Below are positions 38,418 through 52,032 of a DNA stretch of 64,000 bases, piece after piece. Both the position numbers and the translations under genes were made by a program. This DNA is from Eledone cirrhosa (lineage: Eukaryota): positions 218,302,001-218,366,000 of the forward strand of contig OZ024742.1 of assembly GCA_964016885.1 (NCBI GenBank), read 5' to 3'. Numbering within the stretch: position 1 is the first letter of the stretch; every line of letters starts with the position of its first letter. A model generated the notes under the pieces. It saw only the letters and a list, made by a program, of their open reading frames with translations. It did no database searches and was not told the origin of the DNA.

Positions 38418-38597
38418 ATAATTGTTTCTACTTTAGGCACAAGGCCAGCAATTACCCAGTACATTACTGGTACTTTATTTTATCGACCCCGTAAGGATGA
38501 AAGGCAAAGTTAACCTCGGCGGGATTTGAACTCAGATCATAAAGGGACGTAACTATGCTGGAAAGCATGGCGTCCGACACTGTACCGATGCTGCCAA
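38418..38597 (-). mobile_element. tRNA-derived SINE (main family)
   Basis: Near full-length reverse-complement copy. Confidence 0.9.
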
Positions 38598-39378
38598 TAA
38601 TAATGGGATAGCGGTCCTCAAGCTGTGGTGTCTGTCCTAAATAGAAAGCTAATCATAGCTATGATGAATTTAAAACAATATTTCTCTTATATATAAGGGG
38701 GCGGGATCTGATAGGAGCAATGTCCAAGTCGTCCGTCTCCTTATCAATAGCCTGCACTGCATTAGAAATGTTACATAACAACCTTATTACTAAATATGCT
38801 GTCTGGTGATGTCGTGTTGCTGGTTGCGTGGTGGCAGTATTACATATTCTTGAATGCCACAGAAATATGTATCACGGTAGATTATAAATTAAATTAATTA
38901 TGAATAACTACATATTATATATATACAATTCGTTTTTGAATTTATTTTGAGAGATTTCTTAACTGAAAATGTGTGTTGAAACAGATATTGTTGTACTTTG
39001 GGAGGTAAAAATAAAGTTATTCTAATAAACTTCAAGCTCAATGTAGTTCCCTAATAAGTAAGAGAAGTCGGATAATCTCACCACAGTTATAACCCATAAA
39101 GGTATTTAAGAATCTAACTCCAAGGAAATAGATCTAATGAGTCGTATGCATGCGATATTTTGATTGACATTGCTTGTTTTGATATTCTATAAATTCTCTG
39201 ATGACACATGAATGAGCATAATTAACGTTTAACATTTAATTCATGGAGTTTATGCTCAGATTATCATATAATCATGCATCTATGGAGCCTGAGCAAGGTT
39301 TGTTTTTCTGCTCATCCTCTTGGTAACGTGTGTTAGAAGAGTGGAGTGACTTAGTTTATTCATCGTGGCTATTCGTCC

Positions 39379-39429
<51 letters not shown>

Positions 39430-39441
39430 GCGCGCACCCAC

Positions 39442-39504
<63 letters not shown>

Positions 39505-40914
39505 ATGAATGGGCGTGCTGAAATATATCAATATAGAAATATATTCGAAAACAAATATATATTTAGTAACATATACATAGAGATTTATATACATATAGTA
39601 ATATGACATCATTTAAACTGATCGAAATGTACTTTAAGTTCTTGGGGTGATTCCCATATTTTTATAAGTTAATGGGCAGTAACGGTTAACTTTTAGTTGA
39701 AACATATTACGGCTCTTTTCGTTCTGAGTTCAAGTGACATTGGGATCGATATCTTGTACTGATATTTTAAATCGGTATTTTTTCGACGTTATGTTGATGT
39801 AAATTTTTATTAATTTATCTTCATTTAGGCGTGAAAGCCTTATTCTAATATTTTACTATACTTATATAGAGATCTTTATTTGGTTCACTCAGAAAGGTTT
39901 AATCCTACCCTTTGGCACATAGTGGGAATAAGAACATTAATAGAATATTGTAGCTGACGTCGCGAAACATGTAATAACATTCAGCAAAGCAGTAAGTAGG
40001 CGGTTGATTAATGCCAACGTTCCAATTATGATGTAAAATTTACAGTAAAATTTAGAGACGATAAATTAACACAATGAAATAGTGCTAATCTATATGTAAA
40101 TTTCTCTAGGATAACATTATTAGTGCGTAAGCGTGTGTTCTACGTTAGTGACATGAAGTAAACACAGATACACAGGAGACAATTCTATATCTCATTACAA
40201 AATAGGTTTCTACACACACAAAAAAAAAACGTATTTCAAAATAATCCATGTTTATCATCTCTCTACTCTCATTCCACACGTTCCTTTTAGACATTAACAG
40301 TTAATGTTTAACCTTAGCAACATGGTGCTATGATTTGTTTTGGAAAGCAGCCATATTATCGATTCGACTTCCATCACTATTAGACTTATTGTCAAGTAAT
40401 TTTAAGCTAAAGAATGAAATTGTAAATGGATTTCATAAAAATCAGATTTTGCAGGCTCCTCTAGGTCTACTGCTGTCTTTAGAAATGTTTTGTTATTCTC
40501 AAATCTGTCTTTTTTTTTAATTTAGAGTTGTTTCTAGTTATATATATTGTTATATATTTTGTTATATTTATTGCCAAGTTCTGTGTTTTCTCCATACATT
40601 TCTGTTATATTTACTTCGACACGGTTTTATAAATAAAATAATCATTCTTCTTCCTATTGTATTTATTTTTCTATTTACTCCCCCCCCCCCCATCTTCATT
40701 TACAATAACCAACAAAACCACAACCACCAACAATAACACCCAGTAAAAATATTTCACCTATCACACCTTACCGTTTGAAAATAGGAATGACACGTTGAAC
40801 AACATAGTCTTAAATGCACAAAAAGATGTGAAAGGCTCAAATAGAGCGCTTTTGATCAGAGTTTTGCTAGATCATGACTAATCTGGTACTAAACAATGAT
40901 AACACAGCGTGAAG

Positions 40915-41612
40915 GATTGTGTTAAGGTGGAGAAGATCTGTTTACTCAAATATGTCTGAAAGCAACGAGACAATGCATAAGGCAAGAGACCAGGGAATAT
41001 CGAAGAAAGAAGTAACAACAACAAGTAAGAGCAGCCTGAATGAAAAGTCCTTCATAGCATCTTTTTTAAGAAAACAGAATTCAGAGATCCTCAGACATGG
41101 GACTGGTTGAAGAAGGGGGACCTTAAGAAAGCTACAGAGGGAATGCTACTGGCCACACAAGAGCAATCCTTTAGAACGGAGTGGATGAAACATCATATTG
41201 CCTAGCCCTCTCTGTACGATCTGTGGAGAGAGAGAGAGAGAGAGAGGGGGGGGGAGAGGAAACGGTGGCTCACATCGAATCCGAGTGTAAACACCTGACC
41301 CAGACTCACCATATTGGCTGAGGCATGATATCATCGTGATCCACTGGTTTTTATGCAAACTGAATAATTTACCTAATTCTGAGAAATGATATGAGCATAA
41401 ACAAGAGTCGGTGATAGAAAACGATCGGGCGAAAGTGCTGTGGGATTTCAGGATATAAACAGACAAAGGATTAGAACTCAATAGTCCTGACCTGGTGGTT
41501 TTTGACAGGTAAAAAATATCTTGCTTGATTATAGATATATCTTGCCCCTTTGACACAAGAGTGCCAGAAAAGAAGGAGAAAATTTACCGGTACTAGGATC
41601 TTAATTGGGAAC
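40915..41612 (+). mobile_element. Decayed R4/Dong-like fragment (CCHC plus restriction-like endonuclease)
   Basis: TWDWLKKGDL, QEQS, LCTICGE...ETVAHIESEC, YEHKQESVIENDRAKVLWDF, NSPDLVVFD, LIIDISCPFDTRV. Confidence 0.82.
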
Positions 41613-43065
41613 TGAAATTTCAACGGTCTGTCCGTCCAGCATCCAATGACAGTGTTGAACGGTATGTATTTGTCTCTCCAGGTGGTGCAGAGCTGAAAAC
41701 CCACCGATTTGTTAGGGTTGATCCTTGCTCCCGTCAATGTTTCATATTCCTCTAGGAAGTTGCCGATCACCTCGATTTACAATGTGTTCGACACCATCAC
41801 GATGACTCTTATGCCGACACAGCCCTTCCACATCCCGGCTCCAGCTTCCGCAGCAAAGGTTCGAGAGTCAGTACGTACAGAAGAGAGAAGGGAGGGCATC
41901 CTTGACAGATTGAGCACGTGATTTGGAATATTTCCAATAGGTGGCCATTTACTTTAACCACCGAGCAAATGTTTCTGTGCATTGCAGCGATCCGGTTTCT
42001 GAAGACAGGACTGTAGCCAGCTGCCATGAAGGCGGCATATATATATCGATAGTCGACCCTATCGAAAGATTTTGATTGATCTAAATTGATCAGAGCTATA
42101 GGCCGGAAATTATTCATAATGTCCCCCTTGTCCTCGTCTTTCTACCATTCTAACGTTCTGATGTCAGTTGCAGTAGAACGTTTCGAGGAGATCTGAGAAA
42201 AGGTCTAGCATGTAAATGTCGTACGGCAGACCAATCAAACCGGGCGATATGCGCCTCGTAGAGCCAGACCATCCCGTATTTCGGCTACTGTTATCGGCTT
42301 TTTACAGCACTCTGCATTAGCCACCGGCTGTCGTTGTAGACAATCGATGTAGGAACTGAAGTCCACAACCGTATCCGACCCCACCCAGCTCGTCCCGAGC
42401 AGTCGTGAAAAGTGCTGCTGAAAAGCTGCACGCATCTGCTTGGAATAGAGCAGCATACGCCCGTCAAGGTTCGTCAAAGATCGAACGGTGAATTTGTTGC
42501 TACGTTGTGCCTCTGCCACTAGAGCCCATCAAACAGCTTTCATTTCCTCGTTTCTTAGAGCACGCGGCTTAGCTCTAACAATGCAACCTTCGTGTTTCGC
42601 ATTGAAGAAATAGCCCAGTGCCATTCTCGCAGCTAGGACTACGGTTGTAATGCCATTCTTAATCCGATCTTCTAGTTTAGCTACTAACACTCCCTCCGTT
42701 CTATTTTTCCTATCGATACGTCTTTATTAAAAGCTATCGACTCTACTCCAATCGCTCTCTCGAGAGCGTCCTGTGTTGTTGACGACTGCTCATGTCAACC
42801 GGTGCTTAACTAATGTGCTACTCCGGTCACTGTGCAGTAGGCTTTTCGAGCCGGGAACGACGCGATAAGCTTCCAGTAACCGCGTCCCTGTTAACGCGTT
42901 TTATTGAGGTTGTCCATGCAGATCACGAATTTGTGGTTTGATCAGGTGGCTGTTTGAAATTGTGGACACACCAAGTTATCTTGGACACACAAACATATCT
43001 AAATATGGTGTAGATGACACTATCCGATTGGTTCAGGTCCACACTGGTGCATTGAAACTGGCTTG
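41613..43065 (-). mobile_element. Older, internally deleted Tx1-type ORF2 copy
   Basis: NNFRPI, INLDQSKSFDRVDYRY, ICQGCP, VSA, TGARINPNKSVG; colinear with ~57140-58840. Confidence 0.88.
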
Positions 43066-45333
43066 TGGTGGTGGTGGTACTGTTACTGTAGTTACTGTTG
43101 CTGCTGTTGTCGTTTTTGTTGCAGATTTTTTAACTTAGGCTGTTCCATTTTGAGGACAACCGCTGTTCAATTCAGCGGGGGGATTTTTATCGTCCACCAT
43201 GTATATATTTTTTTAATGAGGGTTGTGTTTGTGAAAAGAAGCGTAAATAGATAACCACTAAGGTCTACAGGTATATAGAAACCAACTACCTCTCCAAGAA
43301 GATCGTTGGTTTAGCTACAAGAAAATATAAAATGTTCAGACGAAAGTACTTTAGGAACACGTTAACAAACAATGAACTAACTCCGTCGATGTGTACCACA
43401 TCTCGAGAGACTCATCAACAACAACAGCAATAATAATAATATTCGTTTCTGATTTAGGTACAAGGCCAGCAATTTGAAGAGAGTGGGGAAATAGATTAAA
43501 TCGACCTTAGAGCGTTAATGGTACTTTATCTTATCAACCCTGTAAGGATGAAAGCCACAATTTATGTTTAACTATTTGCAGAATTAAGCTAGTAAATATC
43601 ATTTCGTGGTTGTTTAGCTTCAGATCAGCCCTGATTCAGTCGTTTATCATAAAATACATTTCAGCTGTGAACATCCCGCATTTTTAGATATACATGAAGG
43701 TTTTTTTCAGACATAGTATCTTTAGAACTCTATATACTCCAATATGTTTGGCCTTGTTTAAGACGATAGTGTGAGATATAAGTGAAAATTGGTTGCTATT
43801 TCTAACAGGTCAGTCAGCCTGTGGGCTCGGTTTCCATTTGATGTTGTTTAAGCCGATGTCAACTTTGATCGATCAGACCAATGATCGAAGTTATTCTTGT
43901 CTCGACCATGCTGATTTTATGGGATGTCTACGACCAATATATACAATAAACCAATTTCATTTTTTATTGTAGTATCATTTGATTCAAGGGAAATTTGGTT
44001 GCTATATCTGGCAGATCAAGCAACCACGTAGGTACCATCTTTTTTTGCTGTTATTTTTAGCAGTTTATCATTGAAACGCTCGAGATATTCAAAGACGAGC
44101 TTTACCTCGCTAGTATTTAAACAAAGAACATTAAAAGACGTAGAATACTAAATACCACAGGACATTTAGTCTGTCATTTGTGATATGTTACTACTCTTTA
44201 AATGATATTAATTTAAAATAGTTTGGTTTTATTTAAATGAAATAAATAACATACAATTTTATTGGAATTCAACCACATATGAAACATTTATCTAAAATTC
44301 TGCTTGTATAGTATAATATACAGTAAGAAAGTGTGACAGCTAGCACTATGTTATAATGCATTTGAACATATTAAATATATTGCTTTGAAAATAAATTTTG
44401 TTCTTAAGTATAGAGGAATATAATAGAAAGAACCATTTATCTTTATAAAGTACCTAAAATGTCAAAAAATCGGCTGTCAGATTTTCTTCAACTCCAGGAT
44501 ACAGTACATTAAATCACTGAGCAAATCTATCGATTTTTAGAATATCATTTCGATACTATCATTAGAATCTAAATGGAATTTTGTATGAGATGAAATTGTC
44601 GAAGATGGCGTCGGAATAGCAACATGGTGTTGATTTTCCACTAAACCAATTCTACACAAGACTATAATTTTAGTTTTGTCTTAACATATATATGCATAAA
44701 AATAATTTATGGCCCACAAAACTAACGGGTTGTGATTTCAAATAAGCTCGTTCTTCATCGGGTATGATTTTGAAAAGTTGACGTTGAACATTTTATTTTT
44801 TATTTTTCGATGGTTTAACCAGAGGAGAAAGGCTGGTGAATGAAAGAAATTATTCTCAAATAAGAGATCCAGTCTAAATGTTTACTTAAGAGTTCTTAGT
44901 GGTGGTGTTAAACCGAGTGACATATAAAACATACTACCCAAGAACAGAAATGATCCTCACTGACTTGCTTCCACACAATTGCAATAAATTTCACTTATGA
45001 GGTTTTGTTTGATCGACTGAAAAGTACAGCACCGAGAAAACGAAAAAGGAGTTACAGAGGTTTGAAAAGAACTGTTTAACTACACAGCCAAGCCTTTGAC
45101 GATCAATTAATGACATTATTTTTACTCCAATATTTTGAATGAAAAACTTTTAAATGCAGCAGAACTAGAAAGCATCTTTGAATTTTTACAAGATAGACAT
45201 TATTAGTGATGGGAGATATGAATTAACTAGAAACTCCTAAGGACTCTTATCAATTTCCAAATGCCGAAATCGTATCCTCTTATGGGAGCCTAACATACAA
45301 AAAGTTGTATTTTTGTAAAGAAACAACAATGTA

Positions 45334-45503
45334 GCACAAGGCCAGCAATTATCCTAGTGTATTACTGGTACTTTATTTTATCGACCCCGAAAGGATGAAA
45401 GGCAAAGTTAACCTCGGCGGAGTTTGAACTCAGATCATAAAGGGCCGTAACTCTTTGCTGCAAAGCATGGCATCAGACCCTCTACCGATACTGCCAATCC
45501 ACC
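45334..45503 (-). mobile_element. tRNA-derived SINE (main family)
   Basis: Reverse-complement copy. Confidence 0.9.
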
Positions 45504-45621
45504 ATTATAAGATAACTATAATGACATCTAGTCGGACTAATGCATTAATATTGGCCATAGCTGGAGATGTGGAGTAAATTGAACTGATACATCTGAATTT
45601 AACTGGTCTTCATTATGGACT

Positions 45622-45806
45622 CGGTGGATTGGCAGTATCGGTAGAGAGTCGGACGCCATGCTTTACAGCATAGTTACGTCCCTTTACGATCTGAGTTCAA
45701 ATCCCGCCGAGGTTGACTTTGCCTTTCATCCTTACGGTGTCGATAAAATAAAGTACCAGTAATGCACTGGGTAATTGCTGGCCTTGTGCCTAAAGTAGAA
45801 ACAATT
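45622..45806 (+). mobile_element. tRNA-derived SINE with TSD
   Basis: Flanked by ATTATGGACT. Confidence 0.92.
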
Positions 45807-45908
45807 ATGGACTATTCCCATCCCCATGGTCTGGAGAATGGATAAACTTGCATGAAATGTAAATAACATGGTACTTAGACACTGATATACACACGTAGCC
45901 AAATAATG

Positions 45909-46117
45909 ATTTCTACTATAGGTACAAGGCCAGTAATTTGGGGAGGGGGGAGTCGATTAAATCGACCCCCAGTACATTACTGGTGCTTTATTTTATCGAT
46001 CCCGTAAGGATGAAAGGCAAAGTTAACCTCGGTGGGATTTGAACTCAGACCGTAAAGGACCGTAACTCTTTGCTGCAAAGCATGGCGTCAGACTCTCTAC
46101 CGATACTGCCAATCCAT
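45909..46117 (-). mobile_element. SINE long variant with TSD
   Basis: Flanked by CACGTAGCCA(A/G)ATAATGA. Confidence 0.92.
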
Positions 46118-46277
46118 TGCACGTAGCCAGATAATGAAAGTACTGTTGTTCATGAGTAGAAAGATAAATGGCACTACTTAGTGTGTGATCTAAAGAAAGT
46201 GGGTGGAGAGAAAGGGATAGGGAGAGATAGAGAGAGAGAGATAGGGAGAAAAATTGTATTATGCCACATCGAATAAT

Positions 46278-46458
46278 AATTGTTTATACTTTTGGCACAA
46301 GGCCAGCAATTACTCTAGTGCATTACTGGTACTTTATTTTACTGACCCCGTAGGGATAACAGGCAAAGTTAACGTTGGTTGGATTTGAACCCAGACTGTA
46401 AAGGGACGTAACTCTATGCTACAAAGCATGGCGTCCGACCCTCTACCGATACTACCAA
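46278..46458 (-). mobile_element. tRNA-derived SINE (main family)
   Basis: Reverse-complement copy. Confidence 0.88.
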
Positions 46459-47250
46459 AATGAAAGAAACTCATTTTTTTATGGAGAGAGAAGAAGGGAG
46501 AGAGAGGCGGGAGAGATGTGTCAATTAATGAAGCATGGTTTTTTTTTTTGTGAGATATCATTGGTAAGCTGCACGGTGGATGAAAACTACAACCCAAGTG
46601 AGCTACGACAGGATTTGAAATCAAAATGCAAAGATTCGAATACCGCAAGGCATCCAATCCGACATTATAACGCCCTAGACTGGTTCTTTCTTTATCCACC
46701 TCAGAACGATGAAAGTCATTTCGTCCGACGTTTTAACGATTCAGCCAATTTACCACCTAAATTAAACTTAATTAGACGGAGGTTTGGGAGCGACCAAATT
46801 AATAGACTTTATAATCACGACTGGAACATACGAGTCCAAGACGCAGTCATCGACTTCGTCACAATTCTAAGAATAATAAAAAAGCTACAATAAAGTTATA
46901 TTGACTATAATTATATCATAAGGTAAAACAGTAAAATAAAATAGTTAGAGTTAATTATGATTTAGTCCGATCATTAAGCCTGTCTTGAATTATTTAATCA
47001 CTAATCTCTAGTCTTCAACATATTTTTCATGTTAGTCTTACCATCAATATCTCACAAAATGCCACACTTCATAGATTGCCACATCACTCCCTCCCTCCTT
47101 CTCTATCACCCCCCCCCCCCCTCTATTTTGTGGTTATCCCCTCCTTCCCTCTAACTGATCAAGGAGAGCTTAACAAACGAATGGCCAAGTATGGTGCCTT
47201 CCTTTTTACCAAAACGATAAAAAATTGTAGTTATACCGCATCGAATAATA

Positions 47251-47432
47251 ATAATTGTTTCTACTTTTTCGCACAAGGCCAGCAATAACCCAGTGTATTA
47301 CTGGTACTTTATTTTATAGACCCGTAAGGATGAAAGGCAAAGTTAACCTCGGCAGGATTCGAACTCAGATGGCAAGGGCAGTAACTCTATGCGTCAAAGC
47401 ATGGCGTCCGACCCTCTACCAATACTGCCAAT
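47251..47432 (-). mobile_element. tRNA-derived SINE (main family)
   Basis: Reverse-complement copy; shares subfamily marks with the 25347 and 30181 copies. Confidence 0.88.
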
Positions 47433-48091
47433 CAATTGCCAATCAACTGCCTTGCATTGAATAATAATAATGAAAGAAACTCATTATTTTTTTTTCGTTG
47501 GAATATTAAAAAGTCGCTACAAGTGTAAGATGTAAACCACCTTGCCCCACTAATGACCTTCTGTTATGTAATGTATACTGTAATGATTCAAATTTATAAC
47601 GATAAAGGAGTGCGGGAAATCATCATAATTCAATCTTAATTACGCCCGAGAAGCATAAAATGATTATTGAATTAATTAATAAACTATATTCTATTTTATA
47701 ATCTAATTAAAAAAGAAATAATGCCATCGAAGGAATAAGATGAAGAAAATGTTTTCTTTTGTTATAGAGGAACTAGGAATGAAAGTCTTTTAATTACATC
47801 ACATATTTGATATGTTGATATGTTGGCATTATTGAACGATCAAAAATAATCAAAATATCTTTTGAAAGGCTTCGAATATCTCAGGTTTCCACATTTTTAC
47901 ATAGAGAAACTAGAAATCAACAAAAACTCTATTGCTTTCCAACATTTTAAGAAGACCACGCTTCACATACATTGGCTGGTGGGAGGGTAATTGATGATAT
48001 TAACTCCAATATTTAGTAAAGGACGTGATCTACCTCGGTGGGATTTGAACTCAGATTGCAAAGAAAGGTTAACTTAGTATTTGTTTGTGAT

Positions 48092-48292
48092 TTAGGCACA
48101 AGGCCAACAATTTTGGGGGAGGGGAAAGTCGATTAAATCGACCCCAATGCATTAATGGTACTTTATTCTATCGACCTCGTAAGGATGAAAGGCAAAGCTA
48201 ACCTCGGCAGGATTTGAACTCAGATTGTAAAGGAGCGTAACCCTATGCCATAAAACATGTTGTCCAACGCTCTACCATTACTGCCAATCCAC
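48092..48292 (-). mobile_element. SINE long variant
   Basis: Same architecture as 17031-17215. Confidence 0.85.
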
Positions 48293-50450
48293 CTGTAAGC
48301 CAAAGAGAGAACCTCTACAAATAGCAGCTAAATCTCTCCTTACCATCCTTAAAAATAAACAAATACATGGGGTAATGTAGTTCTAGATACACTATGTCTA
48401 AAAATAGTGTATCTAGAACTAATTATGGCTGAAACACCTTTTATAATATGCCTGTTCGGTCAGCGCTGACCTGGGGCTAAACTGATTCACCACTCTGTCG
48501 GGAATAACAATTATTATAATTGTTTCTAACATTAGTTCAAGGCCATAGATATTTGGGTATGGGTTTAATCGACTCTAGTATTTGACAAGTCCTTTACCAT
48601 ATCGATCCTAAAAGGCAAAATTAGCCTCGGAGCAATTTGATTTGAGAACGTAATGGGATATAAATAAATACCGCAAGGTATTGTCCGATGCTCTACCGAT
48701 TCTACAAAATATACCATCTGATTACTAGAAACATATTGCCACAGTTTTAGAAGATAAATTGTTAAGAAAAACGCAGCAAATTTACCTCGTAGTTAGAGGT
48801 AGAAGGGCAGCACCCATGACCTTTCTTTCAAAGCCTTTGAGATTGGTGGAAGGGAGAGATGGAAGAAATTATTCTGAAATCGGAGACATGACTCAATTAC
48901 TTGCAACAGAGTGAACTCTGCTAAAGTTACCCAAAGACCAGTTGGGTGTTACTCCATGAGTGGTGTAATCAAGACGTCGGACTAAAAAGCAAACACTGCA
49001 AGGCTGTACTAATTCCACTAATCCATCACTCTGAAGTGGAGCTTTATTTCATCGACCCCTAAAGGATGAAAAACAAAGTTGAACTTTTCCAGATTTGAAC
49101 TCAAAGTGCAGAGAGCCGGAACAGAATCTTCAAAGCATTCTGCGATATGTTATAACGATTCGGCCAATTCCGTATGTGTACCTTATACTAAATGAGGTTT
49201 GCAGATTTCGAGGGAGCAAGTGTTAGGCATAATGATCTATAAATGTCAGCGTATCGCAATGAGAGAGCGAGAAAGAGATATAGAAAATAATCGACTGAAA
49301 TAATGGATTCGTGCGTTCTTTATTGACACTGAATGGATGAAAAACATTCTACTCGCAATTCTAGCGACTCTGCCATTGCGCCGCCTCGTAACGAAATACG
49401 GCAATCCATTTTATCCGACGCACTAACGATTCTATTAATCTTCCACCCTAAGCAAAGGTTAGGCTAGTAAAACTTGTTTCTGTAAAAAGAAGAGCGAGTG
49501 GAGAAAGGTAAGTAAATATATGTAAAATGATTAGCAATTTGGTGGATAAGAAGCATGTAGAATAGAATGGGCGATTTCACTAGTTGTCTTGTTTATTGTA
49601 CCTTTGACAAAAGTGAATTGATGTAGCTGAGCAAATAACTATCAGAGAACCACATTTGTTTAAACAGTCTATTGTTGCTCGATAAAAAAAGGCTACTTGC
49701 ATCGAGAACCATCGTTTTTTAAATTATTAGGATATCCGCCATTTTACATCCCACAGATCTCGAACAAACCTAAAGAAAAAAACTGAAACCTTTATCTGAG
49801 GATTCATTGTGCTTAGACTAACAATATTTCTTTTTCCTTTCGTATCACAATCAAAACAAAACAAAAGTTTCAATCATATCTATTAACGAAACGAATTAGG
49901 ATACATGAATCTAAAGTAAGCTCTCCTACAAACCATATCCTGTCTTTTAAATGCGATGTCGTTGCCGGATTTGTTAAGTAGTGACGGATAGTTATTTTTC
50001 TGTCGAGTTTACACAAAACAATCTTTCTATATGTTAGTTGACCCATTATGTTTGAAGTTGAAACTTTTTATTTGTGCTTGATAAAGTACGGTTGTGTTTG
50101 TGAGGAAGGTGTAAATGAAAAATAAACGTAATATTGATAAAACGTCAGTTCGTCCATTCAGATAGTATAAAAAATAATTTGAATATATTATCTAAATTGA
50201 ATTGATATTATTTTTCCTAAGAATCCTTTCCGTTTTATATATTTTGCCTAAAGGATTATCGGAAACTTGAAATACAAATGAAAGAGTTTCTGTGTAACCG
50301 CATTCTAGAAATAGATGCCAAATGCCATGAAATCTTACAAAAATTGGGGCATCTTGGAAAATAGATATGCAAACATAGAAGATGGTCATCACTTGAACGG
50401 TCTTCATCATAGATCTGTTCTATCAGAGTTGATCTGGGCCTAAACAGTAA

Positions 50451-50573
50451 TAATTGTTTCTACTTTTGGCACAAGGCCAGCAATTATCCTAGTACATTGC
50501 TAGTACTTTATTTTATCGACCCCGTAAAGATGAAAGGCAACGTGAACCCTACGGGGTCAATAAAATAAAGTGC
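50451..50573 (-). mobile_element. SINE 3' part with fold-back arm
   Basis: 50503-50526 is inverted at 50550-50573. Confidence 0.8.
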
Positions 50574-51846
50574 CCACAAGACTTCTAGTGTAAGGCTTCT
50601 AGTGTAAAACCTATAATAAATCGATCTAATCATCTGAATCAATTAGTAATTTCATTACTAACTCACAACTTTGTAGTTTAAATCCAATGTAACGCTCCTG
50701 GCAATAGCATTGGTTAATTCCCTTGAATACCTTAGTAAATAGTAGTTAAGCCTCTATTTTTGTGTGATTAATTGGCAAAGTATAAAGATAAACTAAATGA
50801 GGTGTCAAAAGTTTGAATCGACTGGATTTAGCAGTGCATTCCCCATACCTAATTATATCTAAGAATTGAATTTACATTAAACTGGCATCGTTTCTTTACG
50901 GGGATTAAACATGCATTCTCAGGAATATTAATAAGGCAGTGAATTAGTAATGTCATTAGAGCTTCGAGCAGAATGCCTTGCGAATTTGTTTCGGCTCTCT
51001 GAGCTCTGAGTTAAAATATCGCTGAAATCAACTTGATCTCTCATCATTTCAATACCCATAAATAAAGGGCCCATGAACTCCTCAGTCAACGGCCATTCAC
51101 CCCAACTATGGGTTAAATAACATCAGCAATCCGCAAGTGACCAAGCGTGGTAAGTACAGCTATACCCCTGACATGAATAAAACCAAAACAGACAGTGGTG
51201 GAAGTCAACGAAGGAGGGGTTCCACCAATAGGAGTGAGAAGGTCCTGAATTGGATTGGATCTATATCGTTTTGAGTTTAAAATAACCAACATTACAGTGG
51301 CGAGAAATAGAGCCCCCAGATCCCATTTAATGGTAATAGATTTCTAATATCAGACGAAGCGATATGGCGAGTCATAATTCACTCGCCCCAATGCAAAAAA
51401 AGAGAAGTAGGATAAATGCGAGAATACAAAAGTTCCAAGGATATTACACGAGCTAGTTTGGTGTTATACAGTTTCAGAAAACTTCATGTAACCTTCAGTA
51501 ACAGTAACGATTTTACCAGCAAACGCGAGAAGTCCTCAAACCAGGTCTCACTATCTTAAAAAGGAAGGAAAAATTGAATAATATTGCTCTAGATATACTA
51601 TAACAATGATGAAGCAGTCATGCCGGGAATGACTTTGATCATGGGTCTTCCTAATCAGACCTAAATAGAAGTGAAACAAAAACAAAATTAATTTTGACTT
51701 GGACACAAGTAGAATACAGTAGGGTATACCAGCCCCAGGATGAAGTGCAAAATGGAATACAGCGGAATTTGAACATTGAAGCTATCAAGCTACGTAGCTT
51801 AAAGCAGTGTAAAGTTATACATTTTCAGTAAAATCCACTATGATAA

Positions 51847-52032
51847 TAATTGTTTCTACTTTTGGCACAAGGCCAGCAATTACCCACTGCATCACTGGTA
51901 CTTTATTTTATCGACCTTGTAATGATGAAAGGCAAAGTTAACCTCGGCGGGATTTGAACGCAGACCGTAAAGGGTCGTAACTCTATGCTACAAAGCCTGG
52001 CGTCCGACCCTCTACCGATATTGTCAATCCAC
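51847..52032 (-). mobile_element. tRNA-derived SINE (main family)
   Basis: Reverse-complement copy. Confidence 0.88.

Noticed and set aside
39198-39280. CTGATGA followed by a TGAGCATAA/TTATGCTCA stem
   Set aside because: No GAAA or cleavage triplet; at best a very decayed remnant
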